Origin: an uncultured bacterium | GTDB taxonomy: Bacteria > SAR324 > NAC60-12 | NCBI GenBank assembly: GCA_965662845.1 | Contig: CBFIJD010000011.1 | Span: 10,002-74,001 of the forward strand | Length of the DNA stretch: 64,000 nt | Reading direction: 5' to 3' | In this document: piece by piece, positions 19,787 through 31,051 of the stretch | How the letters are laid out: every line of letters begins with the position of its first letter | Position numbering within the stretch: the stretch's first letter is position 1 | The notes under the pieces: generated by a model | Database searches by the model: none | The model's input: only the letters and a program-made list of their open reading frames with translations | Told to the model about the DNA's origin: nothing | Translations under genes and position numbers: made by a program

Positions 19787-21370
19787 TCACCGACGGATCG
19801 AACGCAAGAGTTGGCGCAGCTGCTCGTCTCGAACTCTCCAGAGCAACAGCAAATAAAACAGCGCCGCGCTGCTGATCAATGTGAGAAACCAAAACCAGTT
19901 GCTCCAAGCGAAGGGCCCGGCCTCCCATGATCGCCATTGACTGCCAAACCAAGTCATCCCTCCCAGAACGCTGGCTCCCCCAACGTAGATCCCAACGGCG
20001 CGAACTTCCCAAATCTGGGCGAGCGCGAACGGGCGCTTTTTTAAGAACCACAACAAGGCCCCCAGCTGCGCAAAGGTCCCGACAGAGAGAGCTAGCGCCA
20101 GCCCGACGACCTGTAGAGATTGGCTCCACCACCACCCTAACGTGGTCGTCAATACCAAACTGAAAAGGGACGCGCGGACAGGCGTCTTGGTGTCTTGCAG
20201 AGCATAAAATAAAGAGACGACCAAACGGACGAGCGCGACAGCAGGAATGCTCAGCGCAAAGGCCTGTAGCGTCTCGGCAGTGATTTGCACATCTGCCCAC
20301 GTGAAGGCTCCATGCCGATACAGCATGCTCACGATGGGTTCCGCTAGACCGATCAGGCCGGCGGTGGCTGGAAGCACAATGAAGAGAGTAGAGAGCAAAC
20401 TGGTACGCAGAGTCCCTAAGACGCGCTCGGATTCGTCCCGCGCTTGTTGTGCGCTTAAATCTGGAAAACTCGCAGTCGTGATGGCGAACGCAAAGACGCC
20501 CAGCACCAGCTCGGTCAGTCGGCTGGCGTTGTAATAATAGGTGACTTGTCCTTCGGGTAAGAAGCTAGCGAGGTTGCGGAGGATGATAATATTGAGTTGA
20601 TAGACCGCGACTCCGAGCAAGGACGGCCCCAAGAGCCGCAGCAAGCGTCGCACGTCTGCATTGCGCCAGAAGGCTCTGGGCCGCACAGGTTGAGTGATTT
20701 TTTGCAGTGACGGCAGCTGCAAGATCACTTGCGCCAGCCCCCCAAACAGGACCCCCCAAGCAACCGCTTCAATCGGCTGCGAGAAAAGATCAGAAAATCC
20801 CCAAGCCGCGACAATAATGGCGACATTGAGAAACAGCGGGGCTGCGGCTGGAGCGGCAAAGCGCTTCTCTGCGTTCAAGACTCCCATGGCCCAAGCGACT
20901 ACAGAGACAAGGATGAGGTAGGGGAACATCACGCGATTGAGCGCGCTAGTCAGGGCAAACTTCTCAGGATCATCGGCGAAACCTGCGGCGAACAACCACA
21001 CTAGCTGCGGGCTGAAGAGTATGCCCAGCGCTGAAATCATGCCTGTCCCAGCGAGAACAAGACCCAACACACGGGCGGCAAACAAGCGGGCCTCCTCGGC
21101 CGAGCGCTGTTCCCGGATTTCGGTATAGAGTGGCAAAAAGGCGAGGGTCATGGAGCCTTCGGCGGTCAACCGACGGAACACATTCGGGATCGTAAACGCT
21201 TGGATGAAAGCGTCCATCGCGAGTCCTGCTCCGAAGAGATGGGCAAGAACCAGATCACGGACGGCGCCAAGAATGCGAGAGAGCAGCGTGAAGAAGGTGA
21301 TGACTCCAGCACGCTGCCAAAGAGAGGAGCCCCTCGGGAGAGAGGCGGAAGAGGGAGGAGATTCGCTCAA
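19787..21370 (-). CDS. murJ: lipid II flippase MurJ
   Basis: [27 protein letters not shown] and [10 protein letters not shown]. About 13-14 TMs. Confidence 0.95.
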   Translation of the reverse strand: MSESPPSSASLPRGSSLWQRAGVITFFTLLSRILGAVRDLVLAHLFGAGLAMDAFIQAFTIPNVFRRLTAEGSMTLAFLPLYTEIREQRSAEEARLFAARVLGLVLAGTGMISALGILFSPQLVWLFAAGFADDPEKFALTSALNRVMFPYLILVSVVAWAMGVLNAEKRFAAPAAAPLFLNVAIIVAAWGFSDLFSQPIEAVAWGVLFGGLAQVILQLPSLQKITQPVRPRAFWRNADVRRLLRLLGPSLLGVAVYQLNIIILRNLASFLPEGQVTYYYNASRLTELVLGVFAFAITTASFPDLSAQQARDESERVLGTLRTSLLSTLFIVLPATAGLIGLAEPIVSMLYRHGAFTWADVQITAETLQAFALSIPAVALVRLVVSLFYALQDTKTPVRASLFSLVLTTTLGWWWSQSLQVVGLALALSVGTFAQLGALLWFLKKRPFALAQIWEVRAVGIYVGGASVLGGMTWFGSQWRSWEAGPFAWSNWFWFLTLISSAALFYLLLLWRVRDEQLRQLLRSIRR

Positions 21371-22959
21371 TTCGCGCGTGGTCCAGCGTTGATGATGGCT
21401 TCACTGGAGCCGGCTTTGAATTGATCAAAGTTTTTCTCGAAGAGACCAGCCAACTTGAGGCGTGTCGCCGCGTAAGCGGTCTTGTCGCTCCAAGTGTTTT
21501 CTGGCCACATAACCTCTGAGGGCACATGAGGGCATTCCGTTGGAACCTCGAAACCGAAGACCTCGTCCAAGCGAGTTGGGGCGTCTTTCAACTGCCCTCC
21601 TAGAATGGCATCGATGATGGAACGCGTGTGCTTGAGAGACATGCGCTCGCCCACACCATAACCACCGCCACTCCAGCCGGTGTTGACCAACCAGACATTG
21701 GCGTTGTTGTCTTCAATGCGCTTAGCGAGCAGCTCGGCATACTTGCTTGGATGCCAAACCATGAACGCTGCGCCAAAGCAAGCAGAGAAGGTCGCTTGAG
21801 GTTCGGTCACTCCCATTTCGGTGCCGGCCACTTTGGCGGTGTATCCACTGATGAAGTGATACATCGCTTGTTCTGGCGTCAGTTTGCTCACGGGAGGCAA
21901 CACACCAAACGCGTCGCATGTGAGGAAGATCACGTTCTGAGGGTGGCCTCCGGTGCAGAACTCTTTTGCGTTGGGGATGTGGTGAATGGGATAAGAGGCG
22001 CGCGTGTTCTCTGTGAGAGAGGTGTCATCGTAGTCAACCTCGTGTGTGCGATCGTTGTAGACCACGTTTTCCAGCAAGGTGCCGTAGCGGATCGCATCAA
22101 AGATTTCGGGTTCCTTCTCAGCGGAGAGGTTGATGCACTTGGCATAGCAGCCCCCTTCAATATTGAAGACACCGTCGTCGGTCCAGCAGTGCTCATCGTC
22201 GCCAATCAGCGCGCGCTTGGGATCAGCCGAGAGGGTCGTCTTGCCCGTACCCGAGAGCCCAAAAAATAGCGCGACGTCTCCGTCCTCGCCTTCATTGGCT
22301 GAGCTGTGCATCGAGACGATGCCCTGCTTCGGCATGATGTAGTTCATGATTGTGAAGACCCCCTTCTTCATCTCGCCAGCGTATTCCGTTCCTAAAATGA
22401 CAAACTCTTTGCGTGCAAAGCTCAAATCCACGCTGGTAGCAGAGGTCATGTGCGAGGTGTAGCGGTTCGCGGGGAACGCTCCTGCGTTGTAGATCACATA
22501 GTCGGGTTCGCCAAAGTTCGCTAGCTCGGCTTCGGAAGGGCGAATCAGCATGTTATACATGAACAGACAGTGGTAGGGACGAGAGACGATCACGCGGACT
22601 TTGAGGCGATATTTCGGATCCCAACCTGCGTAACCGTCCATCACATATAGGCGGTCACGCGTATTGAGGTAGTCGATCGCTCGTTCGCGGTTGATTTGAA
22701 AGGTTCGGTCGTCAAGGGGGATGTTGATGTCGCCCCACCAAATGTCTTCGCTGGACTCAGGTTCTTGGACAATGCGTTTGTCTTTGGGGCTGCGCCCTGT
22801 TTTCTCATATGACGAAACGATGAGCGCGCCTTTGTCTGAAATCGCGCAGTCGGGCTCCCGCAAGAGAGCTTCTTGGTATAAGCGTGACGGGTGAGGGTTC
22901 CGCAAAATATCGGTGGCGTGGATTCCGTACTGTTCGAGGTGGAAGGCTTGCTCGGGCAT
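21367..22959 (-). CDS. pckA: phosphoenolpyruvate carboxykinase (ATP)
   Basis: [35 protein letters not shown] and NIEGGCYAK. Confidence 0.97.
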   Translation of the reverse strand: MPEQAFHLEQYGIHATDILRNPHPSRLYQEALLREPDCAISDKGALIVSSYEKTGRSPKDKRIVQEPESSEDIWWGDINIPLDDRTFQINRERAIDYLNTRDRLYVMDGYAGWDPKYRLKVRVIVSRPYHCLFMYNMLIRPSEAELANFGEPDYVIYNAGAFPANRYTSHMTSATSVDLSFARKEFVILGTEYAGEMKKGVFTIMNYIMPKQGIVSMHSSANEGEDGDVALFFGLSGTGKTTLSADPKRALIGDDEHCWTDDGVFNIEGGCYAKCINLSAEKEPEIFDAIRYGTLLENVVYNDRTHEVDYDDTSLTENTRASYPIHHIPNAKEFCTGGHPQNVIFLTCDAFGVLPPVSKLTPEQAMYHFISGYTAKVAGTEMGVTEPQATFSACFGAAFMVWHPSKYAELLAKRIEDNNANVWLVNTGWSGGGYGVGERMSLKHTRSIIDAILGGQLKDAPTRLDEVFGFEVPTECPHVPSEVMWPENTWSDKTAYAATRLKLAGLFEKNFDQFKAGSSEAIINAGPRAN

Positions 22960-23090
22960 CGTTCCTCTGGTGTTATTGGGTCGGGTCGTTTTGGCCTAGC
23001 GGGGAGCGCTTTTTGCGGACGAAGAAGCGTCACACAAGAAGACTCCGTGCAAAGAAAAGCTCAAAACTATATGTGGGTTTAGACGAAAGT

Positions 23091-24023
23091 TCAATCAATT
23101 TTAGCGAAATTTCGCTGGCAGAAAGATTCCGCTTTTTCAATTGCCGAACTTTGCTGGTCTCGAGAGATCCACTGGATGTGTGCCTCTTTGCGAAACCACG
23201 TGAGTTGGCGCTTGGCAAAGTTGCGGGTCTTTTGTTGGATGAGAGCGCGGGTTTCGTCGTAAGAGCAAACGCCATCGAGGTATTGATGAATCTGCGCGTA
23301 GCCCAGAGCCTGCATGGGCAAGAGGCTTTTGTCGTAGCGTTCGCGCAGCTGGGACACCTCCTCAATCCAACCGTGTTGCAACATTTTCTCTGTCCGAAGA
23401 TTGATGCGCTCATAAAGCACAGCGCGTTCCTCGGTGTATGCGAAAATCAACGCGGGGAAGCGAGGTCGTGAAAAATCCTGCATTTTTTGCAGTTGACTCA
23501 TCATTTTTCCGCTGGCAGCGAAGATTTCCAGCGCGCGTGTGACGCGGTGCGTATCGTTGGGGTGCAGGCGCTGCGCGGTCTGGGGGTCAATTTTCTGCAA
23601 TTCTTCAAAACAGTGCTGGGACCCCTTTTCTGCGCACTGCTGGAGAATGGTCTGTCGGATGTGTGCCGGAACCTGGGGCATTTCATCTAGACCATACACG
23701 ACAGCCCGGTAATATAGCCCCGAACCTCCAACGAGGACGGGCATGCGTTGACGCTGCCAAATTTGCCGAAGCGTGGTCTCAGCGTCCCGAGCGTACTGAC
23801 CCGCCGAGTAAGACTGGTCGGGGTACACAAGGTCAATCTGATGGTGCGGGACGAGAGACTGTTCCGCAGGGGTGGGCTTCGCCGTGCCGATGTCCATGCC
23901 TATGTAGACCTGCATCGAATCTGTGCAGACGATCTCTCCCCCAATGCGCTGGGCGACTGCAAGAGCTAAGTCACTCTTACCGCTGGCTGTTGGGCCTGTG
24001 ATGATAATGGCTGGCGGAAGCAA
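23091..24023 (-). CDS. miaA: tRNA dimethylallyltransferase
   Basis: GPTASGKS, DSMQVY.GMDIGTAKP, VGGSGLY and TRNFAKRQLTWF. Confidence 0.96.
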   Translation of the reverse strand: MLPPAIIITGPTASGKSDLALAVAQRIGGEIVCTDSMQVYIGMDIGTAKPTPAEQSLVPHHQIDLVYPDQSYSAGQYARDAETTLRQIWQRQRMPVLVGGSGLYYRAVVYGLDEMPQVPAHIRQTILQQCAEKGSQHCFEELQKIDPQTAQRLHPNDTHRVTRALEIFAASGKMMSQLQKMQDFSRPRFPALIFAYTEERAVLYERINLRTEKMLQHGWIEEVSQLRERYDKSLLPMQALGYAQIHQYLDGVCSYDETRALIQQKTRNFAKRQLTWFRKEAHIQWISRDQQSSAIEKAESFCQRNFAKID

Positions 24024-24041
24024 AAAAGATTGAAGGAAAAG

Positions 24042-24069
24042 TTGTCAAGAACCAAAAATCTGATATATT
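24042..24069 (+). promoter_or_regulatory. putative sigma70 promoter for rpsU
   Basis: TTGTCA, 16 nt, TATATT, with extended -10 TGn. Confidence 0.5.
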
Positions 24070-24120
24070 GGCGAATTTTTTTCACCAAGTCTAACTCAGA
24101 AGATTTAACCGACGAGAAGA

Positions 24121-24339
24121 ATGCCAATATCTATTGAAGTGAAGGACGGAAACGTATCGAAGTCCATGATGCAACTCAAGCGCACCTTGATCCGCGAGGG
24201 GCTGTTCAAAGAATTGAAGAAGCGAAAACACTACATGAAGCCCTCTGTCGCCAAGCGAATCAAGCGCGAAGCCGCCGAAAAGCAGCGGAACAAAGACCTC
24301 AAGCGTGAACTCCGCGCCGCACAGAAAGCGGACTTCTAA
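24121..24339 (+). CDS. rpsU: 30S ribosomal protein S21
   Basis: LKR...REGLFKELKKRKHYMKPS. 72 aa, basic. Confidence 0.93.
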   Translation: MPISIEVKDGNVSKSMMQLKRTLIREGLFKELKKRKHYMKPSVAKRIKREAAEKQRNKDLKRELRAAQKADF

Positions 24340-24512
24340 GGCCACCTCACTCGGAGCGCTGGCCAACGCAGCCCTAGCGCTCTCCTCCCCCACACGTCCT
24401 GCGCAACACTCTGCAAAATCTGCGCGACGCGCTCTCTGAAAGCCCCTTGCGGTTTGGTCCCACACTTCTGATACTATTTCGAGTTAACCAAACTCAAACA
24501 TAAGGGTCCTCC

Positions 24513-25082
24513 ATGCGTTTGCTATTCATCTCACTATTGTTGGTGCTCGGCACAACGACTGCGACCGCAGAGAAGCTAGACGTTTATGACACCTTGGGAG
24601 GGGACTTTTCGCTGCGCAGTACGCTCGGCAAAGAGGCTGGCCCCCAAGATTTCCGTGGGAAAGTCTTGCTGCTGTTCTTTGGCTACTTGTCTTGCCCTGA
24701 CATTTGCCCCGTCTCTATGGCAACGATCCGTGATGCCCTAAGCCAACTTCCAGAGTCGGAAGCCGCACAAGTGCAACCGATGTTTGTCTCGGTCGACCCC
24801 GAGCGTGACAGAGTGGACGCGCTTCGCGAGTTTGTGACGTATTTCCACCCCAACTTCGTCGGGTTCACGGGAGAGCACGAGAAACTTCGCCGCATCATCC
24901 GCATGTATGGCGGAGCTTACATGAAAGATACTCGGACAAAGACAGACTCTGGCTATCTCGTGGCTCACTCCGGCTATGTGTATCTGATGGATCAGAAAGG
25001 CCAAATCCGCGCGCTGTACAAAACAGACACCAGCGCCGACACGATGGCCGAAGGCATCCGAACCCTCCTGAACGAATCCTAA
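24513..25082 (+). CDS. SCO1/SenC-family copper chaperone
   Basis: Signal peptide, GGDFSL, FGYLSCPDICP (CxxxC), VSVDPERD and the conserved His in VAHSGYVYL. Confidence 0.92.
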   Translation: MRLLFISLLLVLGTTTATAEKLDVYDTLGGDFSLRSTLGKEAGPQDFRGKVLLLFFGYLSCPDICPVSMATIRDALSQLPESEAAQVQPMFVSVDPERDRVDALREFVTYFHPNFVGFTGEHEKLRRIIRMYGGAYMKDTRTKTDSGYLVAHSGYVYLMDQKGQIRALYKTDTSADTMAEGIRTLLNES

Positions 25083-25083
25083 C

Positions 25084-26121
25084 ATGAGCGTCCCTCGCAA
25101 GGCTTTTATGTGGGTTGCTGTCGGAGTCCTCACCGTTTGGGCGGTGTATATCGGAAACAACCTGGTGAACCCCAATCAACTCGACAAAACCGTCCACATC
25201 GAACCTAAGTCGCTTCATGAGGAGTGCATCCAACTTCATCCCGACCAAAAGTTAAACTTAGAGTTTACCGCAGCCTCGGCAGTGCAATTCGACATTCACT
25301 CTCACCCCAGCGGCGCTGTGCGGTATTATCTCTTTGAAGCCGAAGTCACTCAGCAGAAGCGGGCCTTTCAGCCGGATGCAGAAGGACTCTACTGCGCGCT
25401 GTGGGAAAATAAGTCCTCTGCTGAAGTCCAACTCAGCTACCAGTGGCAGCGTGTTGCGGCAGACCCAACCGCCGACTATGTGAGGGTGAGCGCCTACTTT
25501 CGGGTTCCAGAAAACCAACGACAAATCAACGTGGTCGACGCGGCAAACTCTGAAGTGCTCCACACGCTGCCCTTCGCAGAGAAGATCCTGAATTTTGCGC
25601 TCAACCAGCAAAACGACCAACTGGCGGTGTTGACCGCCGGAGAGCTGCAAATGGTAGATGTGCGTTCGGGAGCAACGCAGAAGCGCATCCCCTTCGACGC
25701 GGTGCCGCGCTTTTTGGCATTCTCAGCCGACAATCGCTTTTTGGCGTTGGCAGATGAACATGAAGCTCAAGTCAGTGTTTTGAACTTGGAGACCCTAGAG
25801 ACTTCTACGATCGAACTCACAGCGGTGCCGCAGTCTGTGCGAAGAGACGAACAGAGTGAGCAAGAGGGCCACTTTTTAGTACGCACCGAGGATGAAATCT
25901 TTCGCTTGCAGTTCAATCCCCTGCAGCTGGTAGAGCGCAACGCGAAAATTCCGATCGATTTTGGCGGCGAGGTCCAAATGGTCGACCCCAACGCGTGGTG
26001 CTTTGTACACGGCGTTCCCCACCCTCTCTATGCCCCGATTCCGCCAGCTATGAGCGAGACAGGGCTCCCTGGCTACTGGTTCCAACCCGCCTCCCTGACA
26101 GCCAACCTCGAACGCCCATGA
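25084..26121 (+). CDS. hypothetical membrane-anchored protein: beta-sandwich (GOLD-like) domain plus partial beta-propeller
   Basis: N-terminal TM. HEEC...FDIHSH...YCALWEN. YVTN/WD-like repeats. C-terminal WCFVHGVPH. Starts 1 nt after the SCO stop. Confidence 0.6.
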   Translation: MSVPRKAFMWVAVGVLTVWAVYIGNNLVNPNQLDKTVHIEPKSLHEECIQLHPDQKLNLEFTAASAVQFDIHSHPSGAVRYYLFEAEVTQQKRAFQPDAEGLYCALWENKSSAEVQLSYQWQRVAADPTADYVRVSAYFRVPENQRQINVVDAANSEVLHTLPFAEKILNFALNQQNDQLAVLTAGELQMVDVRSGATQKRIPFDAVPRFLAFSADNRFLALADEHEAQVSVLNLETLETSTIELTAVPQSVRRDEQSEQEGHFLVRTEDEIFRLQFNPLQLVERNAKIPIDFGGEVQMVDPNAWCFVHGVPHPLYAPIPPAMSETGLPGYWFQPASLTANLERP

Positions 26122-27689
26122 TTGAGATCTCCAATCTGCGGGTGCGTTTCGTTCAAGGCGACCGTGTGACTCCAGCCGTGAACGGCCTCTCCTTTTCGAT
26201 CCCTGCCCAACAAACCATCGCCCTCGTCGGAGAGAGCGGGTCCGGCAAGTCGGTCACTGCCCACGCCATGCTCCGTCTGCTCCCCCCGCAAGCCGAAATT
26301 GAGGGCGCCATCCACATGAAGGGCGAAGATCTGCTGACCGTTTCGGAGAGGCGGATGCGGCAAATTCGTGGTGAAGAAATCGGGATGATCTTTCAAGAAC
26401 CGATGTCGTCACTGAACCCGCTGCACCCGATCGGGAAACAGATCAGCGAAGCGGTGCTGTGGCACCAAGGTGTCAGCCAGGCAGAGGCAGAACGGCTCGC
26501 GCTCGAGTGGTTGGAGCGCGTCGAAATCCCAGACCCCAAACGACGTCTGCACTCTTACCCGCACGAACTCTCAGGAGGGCAGCGGCAACGGGTGATGATC
26601 GCGATGGCGCTGGTCAATCGCCCACGGTTGTTGATCGCCGATGAACCGACCACCGCCCTCGATGTGACGATTCAGGCGCAGATCTTACGTCTCTTGCGCG
26701 AGCTGCAACGCGAACTCGACATGTCAGTGCTACTGATTACGCATGATCTGGGCGTGGTTCGGCATTTCTCAGATCGTGTGGTGGTGTTGTTTCGGGGAGA
26801 TTTGCAGGAAGAAAATGCCACGTCCGCGCTGTTTGCGGAGCCTCAACGAGACTATACGCGGGAGCTGCTGAACTCTGAGCCTCAAGGGGAGCCGGTGCCT
26901 TTGGCTGAAAACGCGGAGACGTTGTTGGAAGCAGAGGAGGTCAAAGTTTGGTTCCCCATCAAAAAAGGCTTGTTGCAGAGCACCGTTGGACACGTGAAAG
27001 CAGTAGACGGAGTCTCTTTTACGCTACGGGAAGGGGAGGCGCTCGGTGTGGTCGGGGAGAGTGGCTCTGGGAAGTCTACGCTGGGGATGGCGCTGTTGCG
27101 TCTGGTTGACAGCTCGGGCTCCATGCGCCTGCAAGGGCAGGAGCTTCAAGGCCTGGGGCGGACGGAGATGCGTCCGTATCGGCGCTTGTTGCAAGTGGTG
27201 TTTCAAGATCCTTTTGGCAGCCTGAGCCCGCGCCTGTCGGTTGGAGAGATCATCGCAGAAGGGCTGCGCTTGCATCACTCCGCCTCGCCCGAGGAATTGG
27301 AGCAGCGAGTCGTGCAGGCTCTCGACGATGTGGGTTTGCAACCGGAAATGCGCTTTCGTTATCCCCACGAGTTCTCTGGCGGACAGCGCCAACGCATCGC
27401 GATCGCACGCGCTCTCATCCTACAGCCTCGTTTTGTTTTGCTGGATGAACCAACTTCTTCGCTAGATCGTTCGGTGCAGGCGCAGGTGCTGCATTTGCTC
27501 CGATCCTTACAAGAACGTTACAAATTGACCTACCTCTTCATTTCCCATGATCTCAAAGTAGTCCGGACGCTTTGTCACACAATTTTGGTGATGAAAGAAG
27601 GGAAGGTTGTGGAAGCGGGCCCCGCTCATGAAGTGTTGGAGCGGCCGCGCAACGAATACACCAAATTGCTGCTGGAAGCTGCGGTGTAA
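26118..27689 (+). CDS. dual-ATPase peptide ABC transporter ATP-binding protein (YejF/OppDF-like)
   Basis: Two GESGSGKS Walker A motifs, YPHELSGGQ and YPHEFSGGQ. Confidence 0.92.
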   Translation: MIEISNLRVRFVQGDRVTPAVNGLSFSIPAQQTIALVGESGSGKSVTAHAMLRLLPPQAEIEGAIHMKGEDLLTVSERRMRQIRGEEIGMIFQEPMSSLNPLHPIGKQISEAVLWHQGVSQAEAERLALEWLERVEIPDPKRRLHSYPHELSGGQRQRVMIAMALVNRPRLLIADEPTTALDVTIQAQILRLLRELQRELDMSVLLITHDLGVVRHFSDRVVVLFRGDLQEENATSALFAEPQRDYTRELLNSEPQGEPVPLAENAETLLEAEEVKVWFPIKKGLLQSTVGHVKAVDGVSFTLREGEALGVVGESGSGKSTLGMALLRLVDSSGSMRLQGQELQGLGRTEMRPYRRLLQVVFQDPFGSLSPRLSVGEIIAEGLRLHHSASPEELEQRVVQALDDVGLQPEMRFRYPHEFSGGQRQRIAIARALILQPRFVLLDEPTSSLDRSVQAQVLHLLRSLQERYKLTYLFISHDLKVVRTLCHTILVMKEGKVVEAGPAHEVLERPRNEYTKLLLEAAV

Positions 27690-27710
27690 CTCCTCTTTTG
27701 AAGAGCCACG

Positions 27711-28784
27711 ATGGCAGCAGAAAACGACGGTCAGGAGAAAACCGAGGCCCCGACGGAGCGCAAGCGGGAGAAGTCTCGCGAAGAAGGACAAGTTGCGTTC
27801 AGTCGGGAGTTGCCCTCTGCGGCCTTGTTAGCCGCCGCAGCGGTGACCTTTGCCGTGACAGGCGGGGCCTTGCTGCAGGCGAGCGAGGCGCTCTTTGCCG
27901 ACATCTTCCGCAATTTGGTCTTGCCGGAAGATATGACGATCAACACTCTCTACAACCTGTTGCGCACCTCTCTCGCCACCGTCATCGTGCCCCTCATTCC
28001 ATTTGGTGCTCTGATCATCGTCGTTGGGATCTTCTCTTCCGTACTGCAAGTTGGGTTTCGGCTCACCCCCAAAGCCATCGCTCCCAAATTTAGCAAGCTC
28101 AGCCCTGCCCAAGGGCTCAAGCGCATCTTTGGCACACAGGGGCTCGTGGAGCTGCTGAAGAGCATGGCGAAGCTCATCATCATCGGCTTCATCGGCTTCA
28201 TGATGTACCGCGATGAAATGCTGAGAATTAACAGCCTAGCGGTGACCTCACCAGAAAATGTGGTGATTTACAGTTTTGAAACGATTGCCGATATCACGCT
28301 GCAAATGGTTTTGGCGCTAGTGGCGATCGCGCTGTTCGATTTTTTCTATCAGCGCTGGAAGCACGAGCAAGACCTGCGCATGACCAAGCAAGAGGTCAAA
28401 GACGAGAACAAGCAGACGGAGGGCGACCCGCAGCTCAAATCGCGCATTCGCCAGATTCAGCGTGAAATGTCTAACGCGCGGATGATGCAAGAAGTCCCCA
28501 AAGCGGACGCCGTCGTCGTCAATCCAACGCACTTTGCGGTCGCGATCAAATATGATCGAGAGACCATGGCGGCCCCTGAGGTGATCGCCAAGGGGATCGA
28601 TTACATGGCGTTACGGATCAAGAAAGTGGCGAAAGAGCATGACGTCGCTGTGTTAGAGCGACCACAACTAGCGCGGGAGATGTACGCTGCGATCGAGATC
28701 GGTCAACCCATCCCAGAGCGCTTCTTCAAAGCAGTTGCAGAAATTCTTGCCTATGTTTATCGTCTCCGCAAAAAGAAGAAATGA
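27711..28784 (+). CDS. flhB: flagellar export protein FlhB
   Basis: EKTEAPT, MTKQEVKDE.KQTEGDP and the NPTH autocleavage motif. Confidence 0.97.
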   Translation: MAAENDGQEKTEAPTERKREKSREEGQVAFSRELPSAALLAAAAVTFAVTGGALLQASEALFADIFRNLVLPEDMTINTLYNLLRTSLATVIVPLIPFGALIIVVGIFSSVLQVGFRLTPKAIAPKFSKLSPAQGLKRIFGTQGLVELLKSMAKLIIIGFIGFMMYRDEMLRINSLAVTSPENVVIYSFETIADITLQMVLALVAIALFDFFYQRWKHEQDLRMTKQEVKDENKQTEGDPQLKSRIRQIQREMSNARMMQEVPKADAVVVNPTHFAVAIKYDRETMAAPEVIAKGIDYMALRIKKVAKEHDVAVLERPQLAREMYAAIEIGQPIPERFFKAVAEILAYVYRLRKKKK

Positions 28785-28932
28785 GTTTGACTTGCCATTT
28801 GCTCAGCATTTTTGTCGCGAGCGGGCCTTCATTTTGGGGTGAACTTTGCAAGTTGCCGACGGTATAAAACCGTCCTAGCAAAGCGCGACACGCACGAGCA
28901 CTCAACACAATCCTCTTCTCCAAAACAGACTT

Positions 28933-31029
28933 GTGGCCGCAGGAAGCAATTCCCTCTCTGTAAATAATTTGGCGCGCAACTCCGATATCCTGCTCGCGGC
29001 AGGAGTGATCGGCATGCTGATGATCATCGTGGTGCCGCTGCCTGAGATCATCCTTGATCTGTTGCTGGCAATGAGCATCACGTTGGGATTGCTGATCCTC
29101 TTCGTCTCTCTCTTCACGGCCAACGCGCTAGAGTTCTCCTCGTTTCCCACGGTCTTACTGATCTCCACGCTGTTTAGGCTCTCTCTGAATATCGCGTCAA
29201 CTCGTCTCATTTTGTTAAATGGGAATAAAGGATTAGATGCGGCTGGTTCGGTGATTAAATCGTTCGGGGAGTTTGTGGTCGGGGGCAATCAGATTGTCGG
29301 GATTATCATCTTTTTGATCTTGGTCATCATCAACTTCGTCGTGATTACCAAAGGAGCGACGCGTATCGCCGAGGTCGCCGCGCGTTTCACCTTGGACGCC
29401 ATGCCTGGTAAGCAGATGGCGATTGATGCGGACTTGAACGCGGGGTTGATTGATGAGACACAGGCGCGCAACCGTCGACAGACGATCCAGCGTGAATCCG
29501 ATTTTTACGGGGCGATGGACGGGGCGAGTAAGTTCGTGCGTGGGGACGCGATTGCGGGCTTGATCATTACGTTCATCAATATTCTCGGCGGGCTGCTGGT
29601 TGGGATCACGCAGTATGGGATGACCTCTGGAGACGCGTTCGAGACGTACTCGATTTTAACGATTGGGGATGGCTTGGTCTCGCAGATCCCATCCCTGATC
29701 ATTTCGATCGCGGCGGGTATCGCGGTCACCAAAGCTTCTGCTGAGAACAAGCTCTCTGTTGACCTCTCTGAGCAAATTTTTCGCAACACCCAAGCGCTTT
29801 ATGTCTCCTCTGCGATCTTGGTCGCCTTTGGCCTGATCCCTGGGCTGCCGACCGTCCCATTCTTGTTGTTATCTGCCATGACCTTCGGGCTGGCCTATGC
29901 CGCGAAACAGAGCGCCGCGCGCTTGGCGATCGCGGAACAAGAAGCGACGCAAATTCAACTGCAACAGGAGATTGAAGAAGAGCCGGAGAACATCGAATCG
30001 CTGCTGCCGATTGACTTGCTGGGCTTGGAGTTGGGATATGGGCTCATCCCGCTGGTAGATGAAGAACAAGACGGAGAGTTGTTAAAGCGCATCAAAGCGA
30101 TCCGACGTCAAATGGCGACTGATTATGGGTATGTGGTGCCGCCGATGCACATCAAGGATAACCTTGAGCTGTCACCCGGCGAATACTCCATCACGATTAA
30201 GGGCATTGAGGTTGCGCGAGCAGAGCTGATGGTGGGACATTTTCTAGCGATGAAGACTGGAGATGTGGACGAAGACATCCACGGGGTAGACACTGTGGAG
30301 CCCGCGTTTGGCTTGCCTGCGATCTGGATCTCTGCTGATGACGAAGAACGCGCCCAATTTGCAGGATACACGGTTGTTGATCTACCAACCGTGCTGGCCA
30401 CCCACATTACGGAAGTGCTCAAAAACCACGCCCATGAGTTCTTGGGGCGCCAGGAAACTCAGAAATTGTTGGATACTTTTGGGCAATCCAATCCCAAGGT
30501 CGTGGAAGAATTGGTGCCTGGACAACTCAACCTTGGGGTCGTCCAGAAGGTCTTGCAGAATCTCTTGCGCGAGCAAGTCTCGATTCGCGATTTGCACACG
30601 GTCTTGGAGACCCTCGCGGATGTCTCCAACTTAACCAAAGACCCCGACTTGCTCACAGAGCATGTGCGTCAGGCCCTGTCGCGTCAACTAACACGCCAGT
30701 ATCAAACCCCTGACGGCACCCTGCCGCTGATCACGATGAGCCAAGAGCTCGAAAATCAAATCGCCTCTGCTATCCAAGATACTGGCCATGGCACCTATCT
30801 TGGGCTGAACCCAAACATGGCCCAGTTGATCATCAACAGCACCGAGGCGCTGATCGAGCAGTTCGAGATCAACAATTACCAACCTGTCTTGCTTTGTTCG
30901 CCGCTGATTCGACCACACGTCAAGAAATTGCTCGAACGCTTCATCCCGAACCTTGTCGTGCTCTCGCACAATGAAGTTTCGCCAGATGTGCGCATCGAAG
31001 CCCTTGGCGTCGTGGAACTGAATACCTAA
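28933..31029 (+). CDS. flhA: flagellar export protein FlhA
   Basis: RIAEVAARFTLDAMPGKQMAIDADLNAG and FYGAMDGASKFVRGD. Confidence 0.97.
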   Translation: MAAGSNSLSVNNLARNSDILLAAGVIGMLMIIVVPLPEIILDLLLAMSITLGLLILFVSLFTANALEFSSFPTVLLISTLFRLSLNIASTRLILLNGNKGLDAAGSVIKSFGEFVVGGNQIVGIIIFLILVIINFVVITKGATRIAEVAARFTLDAMPGKQMAIDADLNAGLIDETQARNRRQTIQRESDFYGAMDGASKFVRGDAIAGLIITFINILGGLLVGITQYGMTSGDAFETYSILTIGDGLVSQIPSLIISIAAGIAVTKASAENKLSVDLSEQIFRNTQALYVSSAILVAFGLIPGLPTVPFLLLSAMTFGLAYAAKQSAARLAIAEQEATQIQLQQEIEEEPENIESLLPIDLLGLELGYGLIPLVDEEQDGELLKRIKAIRRQMATDYGYVVPPMHIKDNLELSPGEYSITIKGIEVARAELMVGHFLAMKTGDVDEDIHGVDTVEPAFGLPAIWISADDEERAQFAGYTVVDLPTVLATHITEVLKNHAHEFLGRQETQKLLDTFGQSNPKVVEELVPGQLNLGVVQKVLQNLLREQVSIRDLHTVLETLADVSNLTKDPDLLTEHVRQALSRQLTRQYQTPDGTLPLITMSQELENQIASAIQDTGHGTYLGLNPNMAQLIINSTEALIEQFEINNYQPVLLCSPLIRPHVKKLLERFIPNLVVLSHNEVSPDVRIEALGVVELNT

Positions 31030-31051
31030 TTTTTGACCTACCGGAAGATTC

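Noticed and set aside
28785-28932. sigma28 promoter before flhA (GCCGAC)
   Set aside because: No TAAA -35 element at the required spacing.
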